Assembly (NCBI GenBank): GCA_951406725.2
Contig: OX597816.1
Span: 109,802,001-109,866,000, forward strand
Origin: Octopus vulgaris
Taxonomy: Eukaryota
DNA: 64,000 nt
Direction: 5' to 3'
Shown piece after piece: positions 1 to 12,416 of this stretch. Under the pieces are notes generated by a model. It was not told the DNA's origin. It was given only the letters and a program-made list of their open reading frames with translations, and searched no databases. The translations under genes and the position numbers were made by a program. Position 1 is the stretch's first letter. Each line of letters opens with the position of its first letter.

Positions 1-1251
1 TTTCTGCATAAAAGATATTTTCTAACGAAAGATCATCACTTGGCACTGATAGAGATTTGCACCAGGGTCATCGCTGTCAGTGTATAAGAATACAGAACTA
101 AAACCGCAGTCGACTTGTCCAACTTTCTAATATTTTTCGCAATTCAACGTTCCGGTTTGATATTTTCATCGACTCCGTAAGGATAACAGGTAATGTTGAC
201 GTTGACGTCATTTAAACTCAAAGCGTAGAAAATATATAAAGCGAAGCATCCTACCAACGATCTAATAACCCTGCTAATTATTCCCCTAATTATTCCCCTT
301 AGTTCTGAACCCGCAGAACCTAAAAGAACGTCGGTAGAATCATAACTGGAAAACATTTGACAATAGATCTATCCAGTTAAAATAAACACGAGAACAGCAA
401 AATGATTTACATATCCCAGATCCTAGGCAAAAGAACACATGAAACTTCGAGGGGGTTAGAACACAGGTAGAAAAGAGTTAATGAGAGGTGTGAAATTAGA
501 TAGTGTAAGGCATCTAGTACAGTTATTTTATTTCTGACAATTCACCGGCGTCTCTAAATAATTAACACAATATCATAAATTTCATCATGATAAAAAAGAA
601 CTTTATCAAAACAACAAAACAGTATTAAATCAACAAGTAGAAGCAAAAGAAGGAAAGAGAAAGAGGAAATTGAAAATTATTACAACTAAATGTGAAAACA
701 ATAAAACACAATATAACTGAATGAAGCGCACTAATTGTGCCATTAAATTGAAAGGTATGGTTGAAGATTGGCAACGATTAATTTAGTTCCTTTCATCATA
801 CCATGAATAATTAGGCTTTACTAAGATAAGGTTAATTGAAACATTAAATGAAAATATAACGACTATCTCAACAACGGCAGCATTGACGTCGTCAGTGATA
901 ATATTGATGATGACGATGTTGATTATAAACGATAATGTCGGTGTTGATTATACCGCTGTTGATGTTCATAAGGAGACTGTGAATATAGTTGGTGATGATG
1001 GTGCCAACTGCATGTTACACATGAGGGTTAACATGTAATGGCGCTAATAGAATATGCATCAAATTGATTGCGTGTTCAACCTTTGACTAGAATAGCGGCA
1101 AGACAAAAGTTGAAAGATAATGTATTACTGGTACATACTTTATAGATTTCATAAAGAACAGAGAGTCTAATGTGAATCTGTGATTTTGGCACAATGTGAT
1201 TGTATAGGAAGAAGTAAAACTGAATTAACGTGAAATATTTAGATAGGCTTT

Positions 1252-1254
1252 ATA

Positions 1255-1332
<78 letters not shown>

Positions 1333-1364
1333 ATTACATATATATATATACATATTTATATAAT

Positions 1365-1402
<38 letters not shown>
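1252..1402. repeat. (CT)n/(TA)n compound microsatellite, representative of dozens of (TA)n, (CA)n, (TACA)n, (TAA)n and (TATC)n tracts in the window
   Basis: Seen directly. Such tracts explain most low-complexity ORFs (poly-IY, poly-HT, poly-N, poly-I, MYVC repeats). Confidence 0.95.
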
Positions 1403-1408
<6 letters not shown>

Positions 1409-2429
1409 GGGTAATAAGACTTATGGTATTACCAGTGGTCTAGCGCAAAAACAATTTAGTCAATAGACTATATATATTAATCATATAAAATATCGTGTAC
1501 ATTAAAACACATTAAGAGGCTTCCATCTTAGGAAAGTATTGCGCTAGAAAGACCAGTAATCAACTCAAACCACTAGTTAGGGATAAATTCTCGAAGGGAA
1601 TGAAAATTAAAAATATTTACCATCTAATGTAGTTCCTAGACCATGGTTTCTGACTTATTTCAGTAAAAAGGATTTGCCGGAAATAAGCTGCGTCTGCGCA
1701 GTGGATTTGAAAATTTAGAATATACAAACAATGAGTTTACATGCGGAATCGATCTCGTGTGTATATTTAAAATCTAAAGGCTACTTACTGAGGAAAACTG
1801 GCCTCAGTTAAATCTCATTAACTCTATATATAAATGAGAGTTTGTGTCTCACTCACTCATCTCTCTCTCACATGTATATACACATATACATGCAAAAAAG
1901 ACGTGTGCATGTGTATTTATATACGTCTATAAGAAAGATAATCTGAGTGTGAGAGAGAGAGAAAGAGAGAAAGAAAGAAAGCACGAGTGAGTGCCACTTA
2001 CAGATACATGCAAAAAATACATACATGACAACACACACCTTCACTCACTCGCTCACTAACTCACTCACACACTCTCTCTCTCTCTCATTCACGCACACGC
2101 GCAAACATATTTACACGTCCATTTCATATACACGTTCATACATCTTTCACTTTCTCCACTCTAAAAAAATATAAACGAAAGAATGCCATAAGATAGTTTC
2201 CTTTGGCACGCACACCCATACATAGACGCGCGCGCGCACACACACACACTCTCTCCCTCTTTAGGTAAAATTTCAGTACGAATTATGTTATTTTTGCTGT
2301 ATGCAAGCGCAAAATAACAGCTCAAATCCTACTGAAATTACATTTTTCTATTCTGAAATTCGTGTTTGTGATAAGCGTATGTAAAAACCTGATCTTCGAT
2401 ACAAACTTAAAGGGAGGTTTTCCCAGAGA

Positions 2430-3260
2430 TTCTGTAAATTACCTGTTGCTACAAGCACGTCCTAGGTGGCATTTGCACCCCCTCCCATGTTTTTCTTCAA
2501 TTTCTTCTGATTCCTGTTTTCGATACAGGAGATTAGGATTTCGCCCAAAAAACACGTTCTCTATATTTTAATTTTCTCCCTCCCCACACCAATTTCTTTA
2601 TGTTTTAAAACTTTTTTCCAATTTTTTTTCTTGGTAATCCACGGAGAAAAACAGTGAGTACGAATCTGTACGAATTTTGTCTTCCTTTTTGTCTTAAAGA
2701 GATTCTAAAATCCCCTTCCGAAACATCCACCCATTACTTCACCTTTTTCAAAATGTTACAAACTCCCAATGTTTCACTTTTAGCTTTATGGAAAGCGTGG
2801 AAGTTTCTTCAGAAATAATGTTGTCTACCTGTTGTTTGTAATATGTCGCGTTTTCTGGTGGGGGTCAGGTACTTTTTGCGTGTGCTATTTCTGTACAATT
2901 CTTACGCATTCATAAAACATTGGACAAAAGTGAAACATTGGGAGGTTTCACCTTTTTGAAAGCAGGTAGATAATGGGTGGGTGAGGTGTGGGAAGAAGAA
3001 CTGAGAGTTTCTTTAAGAAAAATTAAACATTTTATAAAAAAAATTATATTTCCCAGATTCATAATCTCTGTATTTTTCTACATGAGTAAAGAAATATTCG
3101 AAAAACAGTTACAAATAGAAAAAACTGCGGTGGGAACGGGGTACAAATTAAAATTTTGAAAATGTGGTTTCAGGGCAAAACGTATTAATTCCTATTTAAG
3201 AACAGAAAGCACTTTCATGCAAACCCATGCGAATTTTACCTTCCCTAGTTCACTTTTAAA
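2430..3260. mobile_element. Old long imperfect palindrome, MITE-like non-autonomous DNA transposon
   Basis: Inverted blocks: CTCCCAATGTTTCACTTTT (~2764-2782) vs AAAAGTGAAACATTGGGAG (~2927-2945), and ~2540-2597 vs ~3117-3180. No coding capacity. Ends approximate. Confidence 0.55.
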
Positions 3261-3445
3261 CAAACAATAACATCCCTTACGCCAGTAATCAAGTTCACTA
3301 TACATCAGTTCAGATGATTCTACTCATAAGAAAAGAACAAATAATACACTGTGGGTGTAGGTCATAACAGCTGTACGACGCCAAGATGCATTGGTAGCGC
3401 GTGTACACACATATATACATATATACATAACACATACATACATAT

Positions 3446-3491
<46 letters not shown>

Positions 3492-3492
<1 letters not shown>

Positions 3493-3751
3493 AATGGCAT
3501 GGCATCATCTCTAAAAATAGTCAAGCAACTACTACTTCTATTCACAGGAATGTATATAAAGGACAACATTTAACCAGTCAGCCACAGTTGAAACCAAAGA
3601 TCACAACTGTCCCCACCCACCATATGAACCTGAAGATTGCATAAATGCAAGAAAGTATACTAGTTCAATAAGAATGGACATTTAGTATTTCATTTGTTCA
3701 ATAAGAATACATAATTAATGCTTCATTTCTTTTTACTATATTATTGTATAT
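3492..3751 (+). repeat. Penelope-like pseudo-LTR (family A), inverted copy of 4413-4671
   Basis: About 260 bp, near-identical reverse complement of 4413-4671, which lies directly 3' of the GIY-YIG ORF. Contains a hammerhead. Confidence 0.85.
3625..3667 (+). ncRNA. Minimal type-I hammerhead ribozyme (pLTR family A)
   Basis: TGAAC-CTGAAGA-TTGCA(TAAA)TGCAA-GAAA-GTATAC-TA-GTTCA. Stem I 5 bp, intact CUGANGA and GAAA core, stem II 5 bp, palindromic mini stem III, CUA cleavage triplet. Confidence 0.88.
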
Positions 3752-4017
3752 ATTTAATTTACTGCACCAAATGTATATATATTTATATATATATACATAT
3801 ATATGTTGAAATAGAAAGATGGATTTTCTTGTAACAGATTATTCAAAGGTTTAACCGATACCTGGGTAGCAAAAATCACAGCGGAAAACAGCGCGGTTGG
3901 AGATAAAACCATTTGGTGTTGCAACCGTGCGTTGGAGCGGATAATTGAAGTTTAATATTATTAGTGAATGGAATAAATGGAGTTGAACGAAGATTGTACA
4001 GAATACCTTTTATTACA

Positions 4018-4097
4018 TTCTACACATGTTTCGAAGGCCACAAATTTCCAAATTCTGTTTAAATAAGGGTACCATATTGCGGCTTTCTCTTCAGGAA
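4018..4097 (-). ncRNA. Minimal type-I hammerhead ribozyme with long stem II (family B)
   Basis: Reverse complement of the 4173-4252 motif. Confidence 0.7.
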
Positions 4098-4172
4098 AAA
4101 AACAGGAATTCCGTTGACAGGAATTGCTGTGCCTCTGTTTTGTTTTGTCCTGTCAACGGAATTCCTGTTTTT

Positions 4173-4252
4173 TTCCTGAAGAGAAAGCCGCAATATGGTA
4201 CCATTATTTAAACAGAATTTTGAAATTTGTGGCCTTCGAAACATGTGTAGAA
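4173..4252 (+). ncRNA. Minimal type-I hammerhead ribozyme with long stem II (family B)
   Basis: TTC-CTGAAGA-GAAAGCCGCAA...TTGTGGCCTTC-GAAA-CATGTG-TA-GAA. Core intact, stem II 10 of 11 pairs, stem I only 3 bp, GUA triplet. Confidence 0.7.
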
Positions 4253-4307
4253 TGTAATAAAAGGTATTCTGTACAATCTTCGTTCAACTCCATTTATTCC
4301 ATTCACT

Positions 4308-4347
<40 letters not shown>

Positions 4348-4412
4348 CTCACAGGAATTCCAACTCCATCTGTTTTCACGTTTTATTTATAATCGTCTAA
4401 TACTAATATAAC

Positions 4413-4671
4413 ATATACAATAATATAGTAAAAAGAAATGAAGCATTAATTATGTATTCTTATTGAACAAATGAATACTAAATGTCCATTCTTATTGAAC
4501 TAGTATACTTTCTTGCATTTATGCAATCTTCAGGTTCATATGGTGGGTGGGGACAGTTGTGATCTTTGGTTTCAACTGTGGCTGACTGGTTAAATGTTGT
4601 CCTTTATATACATTCCTGTGAATAGAAGTAGTAGTTGCTTGACTATTTTTAGAGATGATGCCATGCCATTT
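4413..4671 (-). repeat. Penelope-like 3' pseudo-LTR (family A)
   Basis: Downstream of the GIY-YIG stop codon in the element sense. Duplicated in inverted orientation at 3492-3751. Confidence 0.85.
4496..4538 (-). ncRNA. Minimal type-I hammerhead ribozyme (pLTR family A)
   Basis: Exact reverse complement of 3625-3667, in sense with the Penelope ORF. Confidence 0.88.
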
Positions 4672-4770
4672 TTCATTGTTTATTTTTTGAAATGATGACA
4701 AGTACTTTTTAGAGATTTTTATTTTTAGATATGGGGATAAGACTTTTAAACCTTAAATATGATTATATTT

Positions 4771-5420
4771 TTATCTTTGTTTATTAAGCTTGGGTTTGAA
4801 TTTATTAATAAAAATCCTTTCTCTCAGTTTTCTCTCGATTTCATTCGGATTGTATAGTTTATGAAATGGAAATATTATAAATATTTTCCGGCCACAAGTT
4901 GCTAGGTGGTTCTAAGCGGTATTTGGCGAACTTCTGGATGTTTAATTCCTTGTCGGTGCGCACGTGAGCGTTCTGATAGTGCATTGCCTGTCTGACCAGT
5001 ATACAGTACTTCACAATTCGGGCATTTGGTGCAGTAAATTAAATTTCTGCTTTTACAGTTCATATTTGCGTTTGTGAATATTTTCCCCGCTTTTTTGTTC
5101 ATATGTGTACCGGTATGAATTAATTGGCATGTACAACATCGGTTATCATTGCATTTAGACAAAGTGAATGGCTTTGTAAATAACTTTTTCAAGCTGTTAG
5201 GCTGTCTTTTACTGAGAGTTATAGTTTGGAATGTAATGATATCTCTTAATTCCTTACTTTGAGCAATGATTGGTAGGTTTGCTTTAGCGATATTGAAGAT
5301 GTTCTGGTGGCACGGATTGTCCGTCACTATAAATGGTATGATTTGTTCTTGTTTTCCTCTTCTTGTGTAGTCCTCAGTTGTGTGGGCATCTTCATAGCCC
5401 GCTGACTACCATTTTCTATA
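4771..5420 (-). pseudogene. Penelope-like retroelement C-terminus (thumb end, Cys/His linker, GIY-YIG endonuclease), probably Neptune-like, frameshifted
   Basis: IPFIVTDNP...CNDNRCCTCQLIH...CKSRNLIYCTKCPNCEVLYTGQTGNALSERSRAHRQGI. After a frameshift near 4910: NHLATCGRKIFIIFPFHKL...RKLRERIFINKFKPKLNKQR*. RT core absent. Confidence 0.88.
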
Positions 5421-7280
5421 AGTAGTGACAGGTATTTTTGTTTGAGTAGAAATTCTTTCAGTTCCATATAGAGTTGGTGTTGTTGGCGATATGGTCACTG
5501 TTGCAGGTGGTGTATGTATTGTTATATTTGTTAGTCTTATTTCTACTATTGGTGCTGTTGCCGTAGTTCCTCGATCGTGCTGCAATCGCTTTTGCTGTGG
5601 CTGCATACTGTTGTTTCCCTCTTCCGCTGTGGACATGATCCGAAACTAGACATGACCCGCAACAAAATCGTTTCCTTTCCATATGTCCCTTAGATAAGGT
5701 TGGGCTTTATCTGAAGGTATTAAGTCTAATTTATGTCGTTCCACTGATAATCATCTATAATAAATGTTTTCATTTTCTGTATGATATAAAACATCTTACA
5801 GCATATTGAACATAACTTTTCATCTGTTCTAATCCATTCATTTATAAATCTATTATATGCAGATATCAGTTTGTGTCTGTGTGTATGAAGGCTCGTATTT
5901 GAAGACGTAGAAATGCGTTTGTCTTATTGTATTGTGATTGTGATTGTGTGTTCGCTGCGTGCCGCTTCTTCATATTGAACTGGTAGCAACTAGGTAGGTG
6001 AAGATCCGTGTGTACATGAGAGTTAATGTGTTGTGTGTATATAATTATTCAAAATGCGTGCACATGTGTGATTGCGATTGCATGTGAGGGTAATTGTGAA
6101 TGCCTTTTACATTACGTGCCTATGTGAGCGTATATGTATGTCGACACAAAAAGTATTTTTTCGTACTGTAATGTGAGAGTGTGTTCATGGATATTATATG
6201 AATATTGCCTTGCACCATGTTTAATGCCGCTAATATTTTCTTGTGTAATGACAATTTGTGTATGAGCATGCAAGTGTGTGTATTTAAAAGGATATATTTT
6301 ACAATACTTAAAGCAAAATAAACCACTGAAGCGATTGAAACGTATACGATTTGAGAACTGGTAAATAATTTTATAATACAAACACAATGTACTGGGGTTC
6401 ATCTTTTCCCGTGAAATCAGTTTAAAGGTTATGTATATGCGGTGATGCTATAAAAGGTAACATTTGATATTACTGACATAGTGTTTTGCAGAATAAGTTA
6501 AGAAGTCTAGCACTCTTAAATCTTAGGTTATAAAAAAATTGTAGGTGACGCCTGCGGTATATTTTTTGGAAAAGCGAGTGCCAGAATAATGTCTTGTAAA
6601 CGAGAAATATAGCTTTCCAGTTTTATAAAAGCAGCCCTAAGTGTTTGATAATTTTTAAGTAACAAAATTTCCTAAATATCTTATTTTGCTTACTTTTCCC
6701 CGCAATATCTCTTTAGCTTAGTTTAATCAATTATATTATAGATGATTTCAATTTCCAATCGATATTATTTCCTCCTTTGTTAAAGAATCCTACAATCATT
6801 GTGGGAAGTCTTTCTAATAATTGAATATTTCATTCTTCCGATGAAGTTTTATAGTCTTTCATACATTTATCTTTGCAGTAAGAAATCTAGTTTAGGAACG
6901 AAGATTAATGACTGCTGAATCAATAGATTACAGCGCAAATATCTTAGTACAGAATTCTTAGACAAAAGTAGAAAATTATAATCAGTGACCTGATTCTGCT
7001 TCAATGCACTTTATTATGAAATAATGTGTGAAGGATACAGAACATTACCTCCTTGTATATTATTTGGCAAAATTCCAGAAAATTCCCGAAGTTTCCAAAA
7101 ATATTATCAATTTAAAATTTTTATCATAGTAAATAGCCTTATCGCTTTTAATGCTATATTTAACACCGAATTTAAATTAACATACGAAATATGTGTATAT
7201 ACATATACATACACACATACATACATACATAAATACATATATACATACATACATTCATACATATATATATATATAAATAA

Positions 7281-7316
<36 letters not shown>

Positions 7317-7595
7317 AGAGAGAGAGAGAGAGAGCAGGTAAGTAAGAGAAATCATTTATTATATATTCCCAATAAACAACAACGAAATCAATAATAATTA
7401 TAAACATTTTATTATTTTAAATGAAAATAATAACATATTAAGAAAATCTTAAAAAAAATATATGATTTCTAAAATATTCATTCCCAATGAAAGTTATTGG
7501 AAAAAATTACACATAACTAGGTCTACATATATGCTACAAATAGATACATGCATATGCATACATATACCCCCCAGCTCACACAAATGTGCACGGTC

Positions 7596-7684
<89 letters not shown>

Positions 7685-8599
7685 TATATTTGAAATACAA
7701 ATAGGGAAGTAGATAGAGTGGGAGAGACATGGACAGAGGGAGAGAAGAGAGAGAGAGAGAGAAAAATGATGAGGTTATATCGTGTTCCTCTCAGTTATAC
7801 GTTGTTAATATCTAAAATAATTCTCCCACTAAAATTATGTAGTGCATTAATTATTCATATAACGTGTGTCTTAATAATTTAAAAGATATATGGATGGAAA
7901 ATCCTTTTTGTTAATGAAAGATTATAAAATGCTTCATGCCCACACACACAGATGCAGCCACACAGACTGACTCACAGTAACACATAGGCACGCATATCAT
8001 GTATGTGTGGGTCGAACCTGCGTTATACGTAAAGCTCCCAAATTGCAAACATACCTCCATGTTTATATATATATATATATATATATACTAGGGACCAGAT
8101 TAGGGAAATAGTTAAGTGGCAGTTGATGGTAGTTCTAGTTTGCCCTGAAGAAAATACAATCAGTAGTATTCAGTGAAGAGTTATCAATAGAAAGAAATAG
8201 ATTGGAGGGAGAAGTGGTTAGCAAAGTAGAAGTGTCAGTTAATAAAGACATCATAACAAGACATGTTAGCAGCATGAATGGCACCTAACCATTTCTTCAA
8301 GGTGAATCATGAAGGTTTTGTTTTCAGAGCTAAGGCATCTGCACTCAAACACGAAGGAACTAAAACCATCCGATGGGTCTGAACAGTGGAGACATGACAT
8401 GACAACAAAACCACAATCAGTCTACGATGCGCCAGGATGGCACATGCTACTCAGTTCCGAGATATGTGTGGCCTCCAGAAGCACTTCACATGACTGCTTG
8501 AGTTGGACTAAGCGTCAATAACAGCTGCGTACTTTATTTTGTACCTGGACAGCCTGCCTCAGCACTCAGCAGCAGACACAAGGTTCTACAAAAATCTGT

Positions 8600-8940
8600 G
8601 GAAATAGGGAAGGCAATGAACTATTGGATGGTCTGCCCTATGAATTCTATAAGTTCATGTCAGATTTGTTTGGCAGCCTCGTGACACACATATGTGTATA
8701 TTTCTGCATGTGTGTGTGTTTGTGTTTACCGCCAGTCCCCCAAAAAAGAACCGTTGCCAAACCAGGGTGACTGGATAGTCAGTCATAGATATTCAGCACA
8801 CACTGTACGCTTTGTCGATGGAGTCGATACTTTATGAGAGAGCTTTGTCTGATCAAAGAACCTAAGGAACTCTTCAACCACTTCCGTTTTGAAAGATTAA
8901 CCAAGTATGGAATGCCATCAAAGAGAACTTACGAATGTTT
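8600..8940 (+). mobile_element. Decayed L1/Tx1-like LINE fragments
   Basis: From ~8620 reads ELLDGLPYEFYKFMSDLFGSLV, resembling the GxDGLPxEFYK motif that precedes the L1/Tx1 RT. Heavily disrupted. Confidence 0.5.
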
Positions 8941-9319
8941 AGGTGCAGACATGACTGGTTGGTTAAGGTGTCTGCTTCTCGGCCGGATGGTTTTCGGTTC
9001 AGTACCACTGCCCAGCAACTTGGGCAAGTGTCTTGTACTATAGCCCAGGTTGATTAATGCCTAACAGTTTGAATTTGGTTGGTAGAAACTGTGTGGAAGC
9101 CTGTCATGTGTGTGTGTATCTTTGTGCATGTTTTCATCCCCACTTGACAACTGATGGTGTTTTATTTACAACCATGTAACTTCGCTGTTCAGCAAAAGAG
9201 AATGACAGAATAGGTACAAGGTTTTAAAAATAGGTACTCGGGTTGATTTGTTTAACTAAACCCGTCAAGGTAGTGCCCCAGTATGGTCACAGTCACAACT
9301 GAAGCATGTAAAAGATAAA
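8941..9319 (+). mobile_element. tRNA-type SINE (octopus-type family 1), diverged
   Basis: Pol III A/B-box-like head (TGGTTAAG...GGTTCAGTACC) and TTGGGCAAGTGTCTT core. Homologous to 28856-29359. Confidence 0.75.
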
Positions 9320-9607
9320 TTAAGAGTGAAAACCCTGACTTCTACCCTTGTGAAGCTTAATGCCACAATTCCTACTTTGAATAACCAGCTACATAGTGTG
9401 ATATCCAGATAGAGTGACTGGTGTCAGTCATATCCTTGATGTGGAACATGATTCTTTCTTAAAGGAGATTCACATGCCACCTCCTCCCCTCGCATATAGG
9501 AGGTGCACTGACTGGAAGGTTAAACTGCTTCGCTACTGACCCTACAGCAACAAGTTCAAGTCTTTGCTGTTAGCTAGTGATTCTTTTTTTTATGGTTTTC
9601 ATCATAA

Positions 9608-9962
9608 TTTAATATCCGTTTTTCATGCTGGCATGGGCTGGACGGTTTGACAGGAGCTGGCAAGGCAGAGAGATGTACCATGCTTCACTGTCTGTTTTCG
9701 TATGGCCTTTAAAGCTGGATGCTCTTCCTAATGCCAAACAACTTACAGAATGGACAGAATGCTTTTTATGTGGTACTAATACTGACATGATTTTTACAGC
9801 TGTATGCTCTTCCTAATGCCAACCACTTTACAGTGTGGACTTTTTCCTTTTTACATGGCACAAGCACTGGTGGGGTCACCAGGTAACTTGCAAGACAAAG
9901 ATCCTTTGTGAAGAGGGAGACGGAGGACGTGGCCTTCAGCCAGGTGATGAGAGGTTAGAGTG
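9608..9962 (-). mobile_element. RTE-type LINE 3' UTR fragment
   Basis: Similar to 12508-12700 (TTTAAYRTCCG...CATGCT..CATGGG; GCTGGATGCYCTTCCYAA). Confidence 0.6.
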
Positions 9963-10561
9963 TGACAGACACATGCATGAGTACACACTCACACACACAC
10001 AGATGCAAGTACGCAGACACATGCACCGATAAACACCCACACATACACAGATAAACATATACACACAGACACAAACATACGCACACGCATGCTCACACTA
10101 ACACATACACACAAACACACATACAGAGAAACAATCACGTACACATACGCAATAGAGTTTTAGGCAGTTATGGCTTCATAGCAACTGTGGTGCAACCGAT
10201 GCGTGATTATTACTAATGGAAAAGTGTACAAGAACATGTGTGTATGTACTGTACGTATATCCGTAAATATGTATGTGTGCAAGTGTGCGTGTTTATGCAG
10301 TGAAGCATTTGTATATAAAATGTACATGTGTGTGTGTGTATGTGTGCGTGCATACGCAACGTCTAAATACATGAGTTATGAATTAATGCATTATATTTTC
10401 CTTCTAGTGGTTATGATGTTCAAAACTATTCTTTTATGAAATCACTTGTCTATTGGTAAAGATGCAGATATATATATATGTATGTGTGTGTGTGTATCCA
10501 TACATACATACATATACATACATACATGCATACATACATACATACATACATACATACATGC

Positions 10562-10621
<60 letters not shown>

Positions 10622-10696
10622 AATATTAGGGAATAAATCCAAATTTACAGGGAAAAAATCAGATTTAGGATTAAATCCAATTTTATAGTAAAATAT

Positions 10697-10908
10697 TATA
10701 TAATATTAATTAGAGACAAAACCACTATTTTGCAAAACAAACAAGGAAAGACTTAATCAATACATAAAATTTTTTTTATACTTTTTTACTTTTTTTTTTT
10801 TACTTTTTTTACTTTTTTTTACTTTTTATTAAAATTTTATGTATTGATTAAGTCTTTCCTTGTTTGTTTTGCAAAATAGTGGTTTTGTCTCTAATTGATA
10901 TTATATAT
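10697..10908. repeat. Inverted repeat with ~77-bp arms and a (TTTTTTAC)n spacer
   Basis: ATAATATTAATTAGAGACAAAACC...CATAAAATTT and its reverse complement at 10831-10908, with about 1 mismatch. Confidence 0.9.
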
Positions 10909-10969
10909 ATATTAGAAATATTGAATTTCTAAATGTCTCAAAGAGATATGAGCGGTGGTGGAACGATAA

Positions 10970-11778
10970 AGAGGTTGTATATTGTCAACATAACGTGACA
11001 GTCCCGTAAGGGAATTACACCAACGCTTATTTAGCCCTAGGAAGCATCGACGCTTCCTGTCGGCTTTGTCACATTTCCTGTGTTCTTATATTTGCGAAGG
11101 GGAGGCAAGCACCCCCACCAACTAGGAAGTAAAATCCATTTTTCCGATCTCAACACTGTCGTTGCGTTCCTCTTCGCTTCGTCTTCATTTTCAAGACGAA
11201 CGTCTACCGTAGCGTATTTTCTACGTCTATTGTAGAAGGTAGTTCTTCCTTTAATTTCCTGTAGACATTTCTCAATCTATTCCACCTCTGATACTTCTAT
11301 TCTCTTTGAGACCACATTCCATGTTCTGTATGTTATGATTTTTGTCTCCGCTTCTTTCACTTCGTCTTCAGGTGGTGTAACCCTTAGACAGTCTCCTTCC
11401 TTCTTGAAGCTGTCGTAGTATTTCTTCAAATTTTCCTTCTCGACATTTATTTCTTCCAACTGTAATTCGTTCGCAGGCAGGCTTTTGCCTGCTGCTCCCG
11501 CATTAGTTTGGGCTTGCATACCCAACAAAAATCCAACAATTCAACACAACGCAACATTTCTCAACAACAACAATCAACAAATCCAACTCACAACCGCAAA
11601 TCCGACACAAACGTTTTCAAAGTAGCCTGTCCTGCTAGTTGAGATGCCTGCCCAGCCTTCGCAAATATAAGGACACAGGAAATGTGTCAAAGCCGACAGG
11701 AAGCTTCCTAGTGCTAAATAAGCGTTGGTGTAATTCCCTTACGGGACTGTCACGTTATATTGACAGTATCCAACCTCT
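10970..11778 (-). mobile_element. ~810-bp element with ~150-bp structured inverted terminal repeats around a truncated ORF1/gag-like gene
   Basis: ITRs 10970-11126 and 11635-11778 both begin internally at CTAGTTG. An internal reading frame lies on the minus strand. Confidence 0.75.
11120..11519 (-). pseudogene. Truncated LINE ORF1/gag-like protein with one internal stop
   Basis: MQAQTNAGAAGK...SKRIEVSEVE*IEKCLQEIKGRTTFYNRRRKYATVDVRLENEDEAKRNATTVLRSEKWILLPS reads through a single TAG at 11277-11279. The VDVRxxxEDEAKR segment is RRM-like, as in non-LTR ORF1 proteins. Family assignment is inference. Confidence 0.55.
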
Positions 11779-11789
11779 CTCTCTCTCTT

Positions 11790-11870
<81 letters not shown>

Positions 11871-12380
11871 TGACCAGCAGCCATCGATCTTATTCTAACT
11901 TGAATTTCTTTCCTCTTGTTCAGCTACTTTTCAGCATTCACCACCTCACCTCATTATGGCTTAACAACCTGTACCATTTGTTTACACTGTCCTGCTTTTG
12001 TTACCAACTTCCACTCTCTGCAAATCCCAAATTTTATTTAAATTGCTTTGCGGAGGCAACTTTTTTGACAAAATGCGGAGTAGATAAAACAGCCGACAAC
12101 TGATGAAGGGTTGTTCTTTGTGCTGCCTGTCTTGTTTTTCCATTTGTTTACTTCATTGTTTGCCAAAAAAGTTCATTTTCCATGTTTTCGTATTTCATGT
12201 TTTCGTTTTTCATGATGTTTTACCTCTCACGTGCACCTTCGTTTTAGCAGCACCGCTATTTTATTATCTCCCCTTATTCCTAGCTCTCCTGTCTGACCAC
12301 CTCTGTCCGGCCATTGCCATGTTTGATTGCTCATCACTAAAACTTTCTTTTATTCTCTCTCTGTTTATTTTCTCGTGTTC

Positions 12381-12416
12381 CTTTCTGTTGAAGAACATAG
12401 ACTCGAAATGTAAAAG
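12381..12416 (+). ncRNA. Degenerate hammerhead-like motif in a pLTR-like repeat
   Basis: CTTT-CTGTTGA-AGAACATAGACTC-GAAA-TG-TA-AAAG. Stem I and GAAA retained, but core and stem II are mutated. Confidence 0.35.

Larger units (their letters stand above)
3955..4315. repeat. Near-perfect palindrome of a second pLTR-like family (B): 168-bp arms, 25-nt spacer
   Basis: Arms 3955-4122 and 4148-4315 differ at about 2 positions. Each arm carries a hammerhead motif. Confidence 0.9.

Noticed and set aside
144-356. 70-aa minus-strand ORF at the window start
   Set aside because: No recognisable domain and the neighbouring frames are interrupted by stops. It might be UTR or promoter of a gene outside the window, but this cannot be supported.
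1636-1705. Possible minus-strand hammerhead (GAAA-CCATGG-TC plus a stem)
   Set aside because: No CUGANGA box in the required position. At best a decayed remnant.
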